DNA from: Candidatus Sericytochromatia bacterium
GTDB taxonomy: Bacteria; Cyanobacteriota; Sericytochromatia; S15B-MN24; VGJW01
Assembly (NCBI GenBank): GCA_035285865.1
Contig: JAYKHS010000007.1
Span: forward strand, 64,001-128,000
Direction of reading: 5' to 3'
DNA length: 64,000 bases
Position numbers and translations under genes: made by a program. Positions 30,346 to 40,796 of the stretch are shown one piece after another (position 1 is the first letter of the stretch; each line of letters opens with the position of its first letter). Under the pieces are notes generated by a model. It ran no database searches, had not been told where the DNA came from, and saw nothing but the letters and a program-made list of their open reading frames with translations.

Positions 30346-30449
30346 GCCACGCATCCTGACATGCCCACGACCCCGGACGCCGTGACGACGGTCCATGTCG
30401 TGCAGGCACCCCTTCCAACGGCTACGCCTCGGCCCCTACAATACCGGAC

Positions 30450-31232
30450 ATGGACGAGACCCTCTCCGTCGCCCTCGCCGCCGCGAATGCAGCAGGGGCC
30501 TTGCACCTCGAGGGCCTTGGCCGGGTCCGGCAGGTCCGCACCAAGGCCCATAACGATCTGGTCACGGATGTGGATGTCGCGGCCGAGGCCGCCATCAAGG
30601 CCATCATCCGCGAGGCCTTCCCGGACCACGCCATCGTCGGCGAGGAGAGCGGCGGCACTCTCGTGGACGGTCCCTGCTGGGTCATCGACCCGCTCGACGG
30701 CACGACCAACTACGCGCACGGCTTCCCGTTCTTTGCCGTGTCGATCGCCCTGTGCAAGGACCGGCAACCGGTGCTGGGCGTCATCCACCAGGCGACCAGC
30801 ACCGAGACCTTCTGGGCCCTTTCTGGCCGCGGGGCCTTCCTGAACGGCCAGCCCATCCGCGTCAGCACGGTGCCCGAGCCGTCGGGGGCCCTCGTCGCGA
30901 CGGGCTTCGCTCCAGACGTGGGGCGCGACCCCAAGAACACCGCCGAGTTCCTCGCGGCCCTGAAACAGGTCCAGGCCGTCCGGCGTCCCGGATCGGCCGC
31001 GATTGACCTCGCGGCCGTCGCCTGCGGGCGCTTCGATGCCTTCTGGGAATACGGCCTCGCAGCGTGGGACGTGGCAGCCGGCGCCCTGCTCGTCACCGAG
31101 GCCGGCGGACTCGTCACGGCCGTCGATGGTGGCCCCTTTGCCCTCGACGCCCGCACGATCCTCGCCAGCAACGGCCTGCTCCACGAGACCTTCCGCGAGG
31201 TTCTGGCAGGCAGGACCGAGGCGCGCCCTTGA
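30450..31232 (+). CDS. suhB: Inositol monophosphatase
   Basis: DLVTDVD, GEES, WVIDPLDGTTNYAHG, WDVAAG. Confidence 0.92.
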   Translation: MDETLSVALAAANAAGALHLEGLGRVRQVRTKAHNDLVTDVDVAAEAAIKAIIREAFPDHAIVGEESGGTLVDGPCWVIDPLDGTTNYAHGFPFFAVSIALCKDRQPVLGVIHQATSTETFWALSGRGAFLNGQPIRVSTVPEPSGALVATGFAPDVGRDPKNTAEFLAALKQVQAVRRPGSAAIDLAAVACGRFDAFWEYGLAAWDVAAGALLVTEAGGLVTAVDGGPFALDARTILASNGLLHETFREVLAGRTEARP

Positions 31233-31243
31233 AGAGCCGATCG

Positions 31244-33415
31244 ATGAAGAGGCGCAAACCCGTCGACCGAAAGTCCCGGGCCTTTCCCGTGGGCTGGGTG
31301 GCCGGTCTGCTGATCGTCGCGGGTCTCGGCGCGGGCGCAGCGACCTTGCGAGCGCAGGCGGGCACCGGCATCTCGGGCCATCCGGCATCCGCCGGGGCGA
31401 CACCCGTGGTCCCGACCGACCCCGAGGATGCCTTGGTCGCCTTCCATGCCGCCCGACGCGACCTCACCGAGGGCGACCCGAGCGGGGGCGCTTCCGTGGC
31501 GGGCGCTTCCCCGGCACGCGTGCGCCTCGAAGGCCTTGCCGAACGGGCACCGGGTCGTGCCCGGACACTGGCGCGCATCCTGCTCTCGGACCTCGATCGA
31601 CAGACCGGAACGGCCGGGGCCGCAAGGTGGCTGGAGCAAGCTTCCCGCGAGGGACCCGACCTCGAGGCCTGGTCTGCCGTCGTTGCCGGTGGCGCCACGC
31701 TCGAGGCCAAGGCGCGGAGCATCCCTGCGGATGATCCCCTCGCCACGCTGGTATGGCTCGAGGCTGCGCGGTCCCTCAAGACTGTACCTGCGGCCGACCG
31801 CCTCGGGTGGCTGAAGCGCGCCGCGGCGAGCGGTCCGGGTGATCTGGCGGGTGCCACGCTCGCCCTGCGGTTGGAACTCGGGGATCCGGACGCGCTGGAT
31901 GAGGCCCTCGGCCGACGGGACCTCGCCAGCCAATGGGTGCCGAAACTGAGGGCGATGGCCCCCGCCAGCCGTTCCCCGGAGGCCCGCATGCGGGTAGCGG
32001 GTGCGCTCATGGATCAGGGCCAATACGGACCAGCGGCACGCTGGCTGGAAGGCCTGCCCGATGCCCTCGCCCGCTATCGACTCGCGCGGTGCGCCTGGAA
32101 GACCGGGGACCTCGCCCGTGCGCGCCGTGGCCTCGACGAAGCCCGGCGCCTCGACCCGTACCTCGCCCCCCGAGTCCGGATGACCGAGGCCGAAATCCGG
32201 GCCTCGGAAGGCAAGGGCGACGAAGCGGTCCGACTGGTCCGGGAACTGGCCCGGGGTTCGGGCAAGACCGCCCGGTACGCGCTGGTCTTCCTGCTGAAGG
32301 CGCATCTTCGGGCCGACCGGCTGGACGAGGCGGCGGCCGTCGACGCCGAGATGATCCGGCGATTCCCCGACGACGACGTGGCAGATGACGCCCGCTGGCG
32401 GTCGTTGTGGCGCGCCCACGACGCGGGACGAATCGCAGACGCCCGCCGCTGGGCCTCCGCGCTCGCGGCCCGGAGTGGCGGCTACCGTCCCCCTGCGACC
32501 TTCTGGCTGGGCCGCATGGCCGAGGACGCGGGAGACGCCGCCGCGGCGCGGCGCCACTACTCCGAGGTGGCCCGACTCACCCCGACCGGCTATTACGGCT
32601 GGAGGGGCCGCATGAGGGGCCTCGCGCTCGACGGCGGCACGGACCCCGGCTTCCGGATGCTGCCCGGAGACCTGCGCGAGCCGGCAGACCCTCTTTCTTC
32701 GTGGGTGCCTGCCACCGGATCGCTGCCCGCCCCATCCGGGCCGGATACCCGGGCACCTGCCGGCTGGGCGCCCGCCGTGCGCCTGCTCGCGGCGGCCGGC
32801 GTCTATCCCCCCGGCCTGCTGCCCGAGGGTCAGGCACGCATCGGCCTGGCCTATGCCCGTGGCCAGTGGGCCGAAGGGGCATCGTGGGCCAAGGACGACC
32901 CGGCGAGCGGCTTCCCGCTTGCCTACGCCGCACCGCTGTTCCGCGCCGCCGGCCGCGAAGGCCTGGACCCGCTGTACTTGCTGGCTTTGGTCAAGCAGGA
33001 GAGTGCCTTCGATCCGCTATCCCGCTCTTGGGTCGGGGCGATGGGCCTCGCGCAGCTCATGCCCTTTACCGCCGAGTGGGTCGGCAAGCAGTTGCCGGGA
33101 CCACCGCGGCCGCTCACGGACCCGGACTGGAACCTGCAGCTGGGTGCCTGGTACCTGGCGCATGCCGGTCGGGAAATGACGGGGGACCGCATCCTGCAGA
33201 CGGCCGCCTACAACGCCGGCATCGGAGCCGCCAAGCGCTGGCGCGGCATGCTGCCCAAGGATGCCGAGGTCCGCATCGAGCACATCCCCTACAAGGAGAC
33301 CCGCCACTACGTGAAAAAGGTCTTCGGGTACTACTGGACCTACGCAGCCCGGTACAGGATGCCCGACCTCGCTTCGTGGCCCCGCCAGGAAGGCACGTCC
33401 GAAGCCAGCCGCTGA
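31244..33415 (+). CDS. slt: Soluble lytic transglycosylase with TPR-like region
   Basis: KQESAF, GAMGLAQLMP, AAYNAG, IPYKETRHYVKKV. Confidence 0.88.
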   Translation: MKRRKPVDRKSRAFPVGWVAGLLIVAGLGAGAATLRAQAGTGISGHPASAGATPVVPTDPEDALVAFHAARRDLTEGDPSGGASVAGASPARVRLEGLAERAPGRARTLARILLSDLDRQTGTAGAARWLEQASREGPDLEAWSAVVAGGATLEAKARSIPADDPLATLVWLEAARSLKTVPAADRLGWLKRAAASGPGDLAGATLALRLELGDPDALDEALGRRDLASQWVPKLRAMAPASRSPEARMRVAGALMDQGQYGPAARWLEGLPDALARYRLARCAWKTGDLARARRGLDEARRLDPYLAPRVRMTEAEIRASEGKGDEAVRLVRELARGSGKTARYALVFLLKAHLRADRLDEAAAVDAEMIRRFPDDDVADDARWRSLWRAHDAGRIADARRWASALAARSGGYRPPATFWLGRMAEDAGDAAAARRHYSEVARLTPTGYYGWRGRMRGLALDGGTDPGFRMLPGDLREPADPLSSWVPATGSLPAPSGPDTRAPAGWAPAVRLLAAAGVYPPGLLPEGQARIGLAYARGQWAEGASWAKDDPASGFPLAYAAPLFRAAGREGLDPLYLLALVKQESAFDPLSRSWVGAMGLAQLMPFTAEWVGKQLPGPPRPLTDPDWNLQLGAWYLAHAGREMTGDRILQTAAYNAGIGAAKRWRGMLPKDAEVRIEHIPYKETRHYVKKVFGYYWTYAARYRMPDLASWPRQEGTSEASR

Positions 33416-33463
33416 GCTTTCCGGACGGTTGCCCGCAAGCGCCGGAACCAGTATCCTTGCGCC

Positions 33464-36367
33464 ATGTTGTCCGCTGCGACACGCGCCCGCCTCGGCGTTT
33501 CCGCGGGTCCCGACGTGGCCCGCCGCTGGGACCGTGCGCTTGCCGATCATCCCGCCCTCCTGGGGCGTATGACGACGGCCGAGCGCCTGTTCCTGTCTGA
33601 GAAGTTCGTCGCGGCTGCCCTCGAACTGTCGGACATCCCCGAGGCCGAGGTCGCCGACGCCTGGCTCGCGACCCCGGAAGTGGCCGCTTTGCAGCACCTG
33701 GTCTCGGACTGGCGGGATCGCCTGCCCATCGACCACTTCCACCTCGCCGTCTCGACGTTGCAGTTCGCCGTCCGGACCCACGTCGCCGAGGATGCCGCGA
33801 CCCAGCCCGAAGAGGCGCTCTCGCTCTACGAGGCCATCAACCGCATCCTCGATGCCGTCATGCGGGAGACAGCCCAGGAGTGGGCCTTCCAGCAATCCGA
33901 AATCCGCCGCCTGAAACTGGAACTCGAAGGCCTCTACCGTATCGCCGATGCCGCGACCGGCGACATCGAAGCCTCGGGCCTGCTCGAAGTGGTGGCCCGC
34001 GAGGTCGCCACGGCCCTCTCCGCCGATCTGGTCGCCATCCTCGTGCCCGACACGGACGACGAGGAACCGGACACGGCCAGCGTGACGACCCTCGCCATCC
34101 GCGCGATGAAGGCACCCGAGGGCATGGATCGCCTGCTCGCCGGGATGACCTTCCGGCTGGCGGACGGTGGCGCTCTGGCCGAGGCGTGGAAGTCCGGCAA
34201 CCTGGTCGTCAGCACGACACCGGCGACAGACCTCCATGTCACCCTGCGGCGACGCCAGACGCTGGAAACCTTGGGCTTCCATCACATGCTGGTGGCCCCC
34301 CTGCGCATGCAGAACGAAGTGCTGGGCCTCGCCTTCGTGGCGAACAACGCACCCGAGCGCACCTTCGATTCCGAGGCACGGCACCTCATCGGCACCATGG
34401 GAGCCCAGGCTGCCTCCGCCATGCGCAACGTGTCGCTCATCGCCCGCAACCGCGCCCTGTCCCGCGACCTGGTCTTCGCGCTGTCGCAGGCGCTCGATGC
34501 CCGGGACTCATACACGCACAACCACTCGGCCAACGTCGCGACGCTGGGCCGCCGCATCGCCGAGGAAATGGGCCTGTCCACGCAGGAGTGCGAGGACATC
34601 TACATCGCGGGCCTGTTGCATGACATCGGCAAGATCGGCATCGCGGACTCGGTGCTGCACAAGCCGGGTCCACTGAACCGTGCCGAGCGGCAGTTGATGA
34701 TGCTGCACCCCGTCAAGGGCGCGGACATCCTCGGGCCCGTCCGGGGCCTGGGCCACCTCGTGCCCTGCGTCCGCCACCACCACGAGCGCTGGGATGGCAA
34801 CGGCTATCCGGCCGGACTCAAGGGCGACGAGATTCCGCTGGGCGGGCGCATCCTCGCCATGGCCGACGCCTACGACGTCATGAACAACCACCGCGTCTAT
34901 CGCCGCAGCAGGAGTCCCGAGGAGATCCTGCGCGAGATCAAGGCGATGAGCGGCAAGCAGTTCGACCCTCGTGTCGTCGAGGTCATGCTGCGGCTTGTCG
35001 AGCAGGAGGGCATCACCAACCTGACGCCGAACTCCGGGTCGGTCATGCCCGAGGAAGGCACCTACTACCCCGTCCGGGGCAACGAGATCGAGGGCGAGCA
35101 TGACCTGTTGCCCGTCAACCGCCTGCTGGAGCAGATGACCCGCTTGGGCGCCCCGGACATCCGCCTCGAAAGCCGGGGCAACGCTGCCGACACGCCCGAC
35201 GATCCGTGGCGAAGGGTGCCCCTGACGCTCGGGCGCGCCTCCATCGGCGAGATGTGCGTGCCCCGCCAATTGGACAGCGCGACCGTCGAGGAGCTGACGC
35301 ATTCGGTGCAGGACCTGGTGGGTCGCCACGGCAGTCTCGAGACGCAGCTCCGGCAGTTCCGCGAGCTGGCGGCGGTCTCGGCGCGCATGAACTCGGCCAG
35401 CTCGGCCGAGCAGGTGCTGCAGTACGCCGTAGAAGCCGCCAAGAAGCTGGTTGGGGCCGACACCGCCGCCTTTTGGGAGGCGCGCGACGAGCACCACCTG
35501 CAGTGTGCGGCCGCCGTCGGCAAGAGTCGCTGGTCATGGCAGGGCACGGTGCCCCTCGGCCACGACGGGGGGATCGAGGCCTACGTCGCCTACCGCCGCA
35601 TCACGACGGCCGTCGTCGACTACCTGACGGAAGACCGCTTCAAGGTGCCGTCGTGGGTGCAGGAGGACGGCATTCGCTCCGCATTGGCCACCCCCGTCGA
35701 GCTGGGCCTTCGGCTCATCGGCATCCTGTCGGTCATGACCTACGAAGAGACGGCGTTCTCGAACGAGGAGATCGAGTTGCTGAACGCGCTGGGTCACGCG
35801 ACGGCCTCAGCCTACGAGAACGCGAGGCTGCGCAACCAGGCCCGACATCTTGAAGCCAGCGACCCACTGACGGGCTGGCTGAACCACCGTGGCCTGCAGG
35901 AACGCCTCGCCCGAGAAGCAGCCCAGGCCTTGGACCGCAATGCCGTGCTCGCGTGCGTGCTCTTTGACGTCGACCACTTCGCGGGCCTGAATCTCCAGCA
36001 CGGCTTTGCCGTCGGCGACGAGCTGCTGCGTCAGGTCACGGGCATCGCCGCGCACCACGCCCCGCCCAAGGCCGTGCTGGGCCGGGTCGGCGGTGTCGAG
36101 TTCGCCATGGTGCTGCAGGGGGCCAATCGCTCCGAAGTCTTCGATGCAGCCGACAAGCTGGCGGATGCCTTCCGGCAGTCCATCGCCACCAGCCACTTCC
36201 CCGGACCGCAGTCGTCGGCCGTCCGGCTGACCATCTCGCTCGGCATCGCCGTATGGCCCGACTGCGGGGCAGACATCCAGTCCCTGCTGCTGGCTGCCCG
36301 TTCGGCCATGCGCCAGGCCAAGGCCAGCGGCCGCAACCAGACAGCGCGCTGGCAACCCCGGAACTGA
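33464..36367 (+). CDS. GAF/HD-GYP/GAF/GGDEF signalling protein
   Basis: YTHNHS, LLHDIGK, HHHERWDGNGYP; DPLTG...DVDHF and GGVEF. Confidence 0.9.
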   Translation: MLSAATRARLGVSAGPDVARRWDRALADHPALLGRMTTAERLFLSEKFVAAALELSDIPEAEVADAWLATPEVAALQHLVSDWRDRLPIDHFHLAVSTLQFAVRTHVAEDAATQPEEALSLYEAINRILDAVMRETAQEWAFQQSEIRRLKLELEGLYRIADAATGDIEASGLLEVVAREVATALSADLVAILVPDTDDEEPDTASVTTLAIRAMKAPEGMDRLLAGMTFRLADGGALAEAWKSGNLVVSTTPATDLHVTLRRRQTLETLGFHHMLVAPLRMQNEVLGLAFVANNAPERTFDSEARHLIGTMGAQAASAMRNVSLIARNRALSRDLVFALSQALDARDSYTHNHSANVATLGRRIAEEMGLSTQECEDIYIAGLLHDIGKIGIADSVLHKPGPLNRAERQLMMLHPVKGADILGPVRGLGHLVPCVRHHHERWDGNGYPAGLKGDEIPLGGRILAMADAYDVMNNHRVYRRSRSPEEILREIKAMSGKQFDPRVVEVMLRLVEQEGITNLTPNSGSVMPEEGTYYPVRGNEIEGEHDLLPVNRLLEQMTRLGAPDIRLESRGNAADTPDDPWRRVPLTLGRASIGEMCVPRQLDSATVEELTHSVQDLVGRHGSLETQLRQFRELAAVSARMNSASSAEQVLQYAVEAAKKLVGADTAAFWEARDEHHLQCAAAVGKSRWSWQGTVPLGHDGGIEAYVAYRRITTAVVDYLTEDRFKVPSWVQEDGIRSALATPVELGLRLIGILSVMTYEETAFSNEEIELLNALGHATASAYENARLRNQARHLEASDPLTGWLNHRGLQERLAREAAQALDRNAVLACVLFDVDHFAGLNLQHGFAVGDELLRQVTGIAAHHAPPKAVLGRVGGVEFAMVLQGANRSEVFDAADKLADAFRQSIATSHFPGPQSSAVRLTISLGIAVWPDCGADIQSLLLAARSAMRQAKASGRNQTARWQPRN

Positions 36368-36374
36368 GGGCCTC

Positions 36375-37349
36375 ATGTCCATCCCGCAGGTCGATCTGCA
36401 TCTCCATCTGGACGGCGCTCTCCGGCCCGCAACCATCGTCGCGTTGGCGGAACCGCTGGGTCTCGACGGCGCGGCCATCCTTGACGGCCTTGCCGCCATC
36501 GGCGCCGGCAGGCTCGATGCCTACCTCGCCCACTTCGATGCGGTGCTGCCCCTGCTGCAGACCCCGGAAGCGCTCGCCCGCGTGGCGGAGGAAGCCGTCC
36601 TCGATGCCGCTGAACAGGGGCTGGGCCACGTCGAGATCCGCATCTGCCCCTGGCAACACCTGAAAGGCAACCTCACGCTGGAACGGGCAACCCGAGCCAT
36701 CCTCGAAGGCCTCGATGCCGGCAGCCGCAAGTCGGGCATCCCGGCCCCGATGATCGTCTGCCTGCTCCACGGGATGTCCGAACAGGAGGCCGAGGATCTC
36801 GCGACGCTCGCGGTGCGCCTGCGTCCGGAAGGCGTTGCCGGCCTCGACCTCGCCGGGAACGAGGGCGGGGGCTTCCGCATCGAGTCGTTCCGCCGTGCCT
36901 TCTCCATTGCCGCCGAGGGTGGCCTGCGCCGCACGGTGCACGCCGGCGAGGCGGGACCGGGCCTGCACGTCCGCCGCGCCATCCTCGAACTGGGCGCCGA
37001 GCGTATCGGCCACGGCACCGCCATTCTCGAGGACGAGGAGGCCATCGCGCTCGCCCGGGACCGGGGGGTGCTGCTCGAGTGCTGCCTGTCCAGCAACCTG
37101 CACACGGGTGCCATCGCCCGCCTCGAGGACCACCCCTTGCGCGCCATGATGGAGCGCGGCCTGAAAGTCTCCCTGAACACCGACAACCCGACCCTTTCAC
37201 GCACCACCCTGGCCCGCGAATGGGAGCTCGCACGCACCCACCTGGGCCTGACCGAAGACGAGGAAACCCGGATTCGGCAGTGGGCGTGGGACGCGCGCTT
37301 CCAGGCCGCGCCCCGCCTGCACCGGACCGGTCCCCTGAAGGAGGCCTGA
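36375..37349 (+). CDS. add: Adenosine deaminase
   Basis: [26 protein letters not shown]. Confidence 0.88.
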   Translation: MSIPQVDLHLHLDGALRPATIVALAEPLGLDGAAILDGLAAIGAGRLDAYLAHFDAVLPLLQTPEALARVAEEAVLDAAEQGLGHVEIRICPWQHLKGNLTLERATRAILEGLDAGSRKSGIPAPMIVCLLHGMSEQEAEDLATLAVRLRPEGVAGLDLAGNEGGGFRIESFRRAFSIAAEGGLRRTVHAGEAGPGLHVRRAILELGAERIGHGTAILEDEEAIALARDRGVLLECCLSSNLHTGAIARLEDHPLRAMMERGLKVSLNTDNPTLSRTTLAREWELARTHLGLTEDEETRIRQWAWDARFQAAPRLHRTGPLKEA

Positions 37350-37351
37350 AG

Positions 37352-37771
37352 ATGGAACGGTTGATCCTGAGCGATGCGCAGTGGCGGGCCCGGCTGACAC
37401 CCGAGCAGTACGACGTGCTGCGGCATGCCGGCACGGAACGCCCCCACACCGGCTGTTTCGTGGGCACCAAGACCCCCGGTACCTACGTCTGTGCCGGCTG
37501 CGGCAATCCGTTGTTCCCGAGCGGCACCAAGTTCGAGTCCGGCACGGGCTGGCCGTCTTTCACCCAGCCGGTTTCGGATGATGCGCTCGCCACCGTCGAG
37601 GACCGCAGCCACGGGATGGTGCGCACCGAGGTGCGCTGTGCCCGCTGCGACGGCCATCTGGGCCATGTCTTCCCGGACGGTCCGCCGCCCACGGGCCTGC
37701 GCTACTGCATGAACTCGGTGGCGATGAATCACGTGCCCGAAGGCGCCCCGCTGACCCTGGCCCAGCCCTGA
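37352..37771 (+). CDS. msrB: Peptide-methionine (R)-S-oxide reductase
   Basis: [35 protein letters not shown]; aggagg RBS. Confidence 0.95.
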   Translation: MERLILSDAQWRARLTPEQYDVLRHAGTERPHTGCFVGTKTPGTYVCAGCGNPLFPSGTKFESGTGWPSFTQPVSDDALATVEDRSHGMVRTEVRCARCDGHLGHVFPDGPPPTGLRYCMNSVAMNHVPEGAPLTLAQP

Positions 37772-37794
37772 ACCACCCGGTCGAGATCCCGAAC

Positions 37795-38577
37795 ATGCTG
37801 CCAACCCGTCGCCTGCGCCTGCCGTCCTTCCTGCCCCTCGTGCTGCTTGCCGGGTGTACAGGGGCGGGTGGCGCGACGGTTTCGGCCCCGACGCCCGGAC
37901 CCGCCGGTGAACTTGTCGTCGAGATCAGCAACTTCGCCTTCAAGCCCGAGTCCGTCACCCTTGCCGTCGGGCAGTCCGTCCGCTTCGTGAACAAGGACTT
38001 CATGGCGCATACCGTGACGCCGCTCGATGCTGCGGCGTTCCCGGCCGAGGATGACATCCGCCCGGGTCAGGAGCGTCTGGTCACGCCGAAACGCGCCGGG
38101 TCGTGGGCCTTCCGCTGCGACTATCACCCCTCGATGAAGGGTGGCCTGACGGTGACGGGGGATGCGGCACCTGCAGCTTCGCCGACCCAGGCGCCCCTGC
38201 AGACACCGACACCCCAGCCAACGGCCATGCCGAGTCCTGCCGGCAGTGTCACGCTTTCACCAGCCATCCCGCCGCCATCGCCCTCCCCCTCGCCGACGCC
38301 AATCCCGACGGACTTCGTCGAGGTCAAGATCAGCGCCTTTGCCTTCGTGCCCGCAACCATCCTCGCGCGCCCCGGCCAGACGTTGCGCTTCACCAACGTC
38401 CACACCGGTGTCCCCCATACCGTGACATCGGTCGTGACGGGTTCCGAGGCACGGGTCTTCGATTCGGCGCGGCTCGAGACCGGACAGACCTACACCGTCT
38501 CGGTCCCGGCCACCGGCAGCTATCCGATCGTCTGCAACTTCCACCCGAGCATGACGGCGACGGTCAGGGTCGAGTAG
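37795..38577 (+). CDS. Lipoprotein with two cupredoxin domains
   Basis: Lipobox LAGC; HTV...CDYHPSM and HTV...CNFHPSM type-1 copper ligand sets. Confidence 0.88.
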   Translation: MLPTRRLRLPSFLPLVLLAGCTGAGGATVSAPTPGPAGELVVEISNFAFKPESVTLAVGQSVRFVNKDFMAHTVTPLDAAAFPAEDDIRPGQERLVTPKRAGSWAFRCDYHPSMKGGLTVTGDAAPAASPTQAPLQTPTPQPTAMPSPAGSVTLSPAIPPPSPSPSPTPIPTDFVEVKISAFAFVPATILARPGQTLRFTNVHTGVPHTVTSVVTGSEARVFDSARLETGQTYTVSVPATGSYPIVCNFHPSMTATVRVE

Positions 38578-38598
38578 CACCGGAGCCTTCCCCTCGCC

Positions 38599-40683
38599 TC
38601 AGGGATAGCCCTCGGGCACCAACCGCGCCAGATGCCCGCCCACCTGCTCGAGGCGCGCCGAGGCCTCTTCGGCCGAAAGCCCCAGCAACCCCATCGCGGC
38701 CGCCAGGCGGACCTTACCCCCGGCCGCATCCAGCAGGCGTTCCGCTTCGGGCATGCCCTTCATCACGATCTCGTCGATGATGCGGATGGCACGGTCGCGC
38801 AATTTGCGGTTCGAGACGTTCACATCGACCATCAGGTTGCCCCATGTCTTGCCCGTGAGCACCATGATGCCGGTGGATAGGGTCCCCAACACGACCTTGG
38901 TCGCCGTGCCGGCCTTCAGGCGGGTGCTGCCCGTCAGCAATTCGGGGCCCGTGACGATCTCGATCAGGTGGTCGACCGGGGGCTTGCCCTCCGGCCATCG
39001 GCCCTCCTGCGGCACGCACGTGACGAGCGCCGTCAGCGCTCCTTGGGCACGGGCGTGGGCGAGACCGGCACGGACATAGGCAGCCCCCCCTGAAGCCGAC
39101 AGGCCGACCACGATGTCGTCCGGCCCGACGCCTGCTCCCTGCAGATCGGCCACGCCAAGTTCCCCACGGTCCTCGGCCCCTTCGACGGCACGCGTGAGCG
39201 CCGACGGACCACCGGCCATGAAGCCGAGGACGCGCTCGGGAGCCGTCGAGAACGTCGGCGGACATTCCGCCGCATCCAGCACGCCCAGTCGTCCCGAGGT
39301 ACCGGCCCCGAGGTAGATCAGCCGGCCCCCGCGCCCGAACCGCTCGGCCGCATCGGCCAGCAGGCTCGCCAAAGGCGCCCGGGCACTGCGGACGGCAGCC
39401 GTGACGCTGTCTTCCTCGGCCGCGAAGTGCTCGACGATGTCCCCGGCGGAGGCTCTGTCGAGGTAAAGCGTGCCCGGATGACGGCGCTCGGTCGGCGGCA
39501 GGTGGGGATCCAGCCTCACCCACGGCATCTCGACCAGCAAGCGCTGATAGTTGGCGCCCGGGGCAATCGTCCCGAGGATGGTGGCGCGACGGGCGCCCGT
39601 AGCCTCCGGAGCATGGTTGAGGCGACCGAGGACGGCTTCGTAGGCAAACAACGCAAAGGCCACAGCTTCGCGGGCCGCCGCCTCGGGCAACTTCTCGAGC
39701 ACGAGGCCATGCTCGGCGATGAGGGCCTTCAGGCGACGCATCAGCGTCCTGTTGCGCACGCCACCGCCGGCAACCCTGACCCGCGAGGGCCGGAACGACC
39801 GATTCGGGGGCTGCTCCATCCACTGCACCAGCCCCCGGACGACCGTCCGGGCCGTCAGTTCGGTCGCCGTGGCCAGCACGTCCTCGACCGACAGCTCCAG
39901 TTGCATGGCCCGCTCCAGAAGACGCGCGACATAGGGCTGGCCAAACGCTTCGCGTCCCGTCGACTTGGGTGGAAGCTGCCCGAAGTAGGGGTTGTCCAGC
40001 AGCGCCCCGAGCAACACCGGATGCACCTGGCCACGGGCCGCCACCGCTCCGTCCCTGTCGCAAGGCAGGTTCAGCAGTTCCTGAGCCAGGCCGTCGAGGA
40101 CCATGTTGGCCGGACCGGTATCGAAGCCCGCGGCCGGCCCCTGCCGCGGAAGCAGCGTGAGGTTCGCGATGCCGCCCAGATTGAGCAGCACCTCGTCGGC
40201 CTCTTCCGAGCCGTACAGGATCTGGTCCGAGTGGGGGACCAGCGGTGCCCCCTGACCGCCCAGCGCCAGATCGGCCACGCGAAAGTCCCCGACGGTCGTC
40301 AGCCCGGTCAAGGCCGCGATTCGCGATGGCGATCCGAGCTGCACCGAGGCCACGCCCGGCAGATGCAGCACGGTCTGGCCGTGGCTGCCCACGAGCTGGA
40401 TCGTCTCATCGGGCGTCTTGCGCCACGGCAAGGGCACATCCGCGACGGCGGTGGCAAAGGCATCGGCCACCTCCACCTCGAGGCGCGCGACCTCCTCGAG
40501 GGGCGTACCGGGGCCCACTGCCCGGATGCGCGCGCCCAGTCCCTCCGGGTAGCGGACGGTCATGTGACCTTCGACGCGATGCCGGATGCGTCCCCCCGCC
40601 GTCCAGAAGACCACCTGCGCCACGTCGATCCCGTCGGCCGACGTGCCGGACATCAACCCGAGGACCCGCATCCTGTAAGCCAT
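38599..40683 (-). CDS. anmK-murQ: Fused anhydro-MurNAc kinase / MurNAc-6-P etherase
   Basis: GLMSGTSADGID, GGQGAPLVP, FDTGPAN; then GAGTSGRLGVLDAAECPPTF, GSTRLKAGTATK, GNLMVDV. Confidence 0.92.
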   Translation of the reverse strand: MAYRMRVLGLMSGTSADGIDVAQVVFWTAGGRIRHRVEGHMTVRYPEGLGARIRAVGPGTPLEEVARLEVEVADAFATAVADVPLPWRKTPDETIQLVGSHGQTVLHLPGVASVQLGSPSRIAALTGLTTVGDFRVADLALGGQGAPLVPHSDQILYGSEEADEVLLNLGGIANLTLLPRQGPAAGFDTGPANMVLDGLAQELLNLPCDRDGAVAARGQVHPVLLGALLDNPYFGQLPPKSTGREAFGQPYVARLLERAMQLELSVEDVLATATELTARTVVRGLVQWMEQPPNRSFRPSRVRVAGGGVRNRTLMRRLKALIAEHGLVLEKLPEAAAREAVAFALFAYEAVLGRLNHAPEATGARRATILGTIAPGANYQRLLVEMPWVRLDPHLPPTERRHPGTLYLDRASAGDIVEHFAAEEDSVTAAVRSARAPLASLLADAAERFGRGGRLIYLGAGTSGRLGVLDAAECPPTFSTAPERVLGFMAGGPSALTRAVEGAEDRGELGVADLQGAGVGPDDIVVGLSASGGAAYVRAGLAHARAQGALTALVTCVPQEGRWPEGKPPVDHLIEIVTGPELLTGSTRLKAGTATKVVLGTLSTGIMVLTGKTWGNLMVDVNVSNRKLRDRAIRIIDEIVMKGMPEAERLLDAAGGKVRLAAAMGLLGLSAEEASARLEQVGGHLARLVPEGYP

Positions 40684-40691
40684 GGCCCTAG

Positions 40692-40710
40692 CATAACCTT
40701 TTCTTATCCT
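40692..40710 (+). promoter_or_regulatory. 11-bp-spaced direct repeat between anmK-murQ and the TnpB-like gene
   Basis: cataacct (40692), cttatcct (40703). Confidence 0.35.
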
Positions 40711-40796
40711 CCGCCTGCCGATTTCATGGCAAACTGAAAATGGCTCGCACCTGACCGCATCATCGCCGCCCGTTGCCGGGCCAACCCCTTTTTGCG

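Noticed and set aside
37352..37771. MsrB as a second selenoprotein
   Set aside because: The catalytic position is an ordinary TGC (RYCMN) and there is no in-frame TGA.
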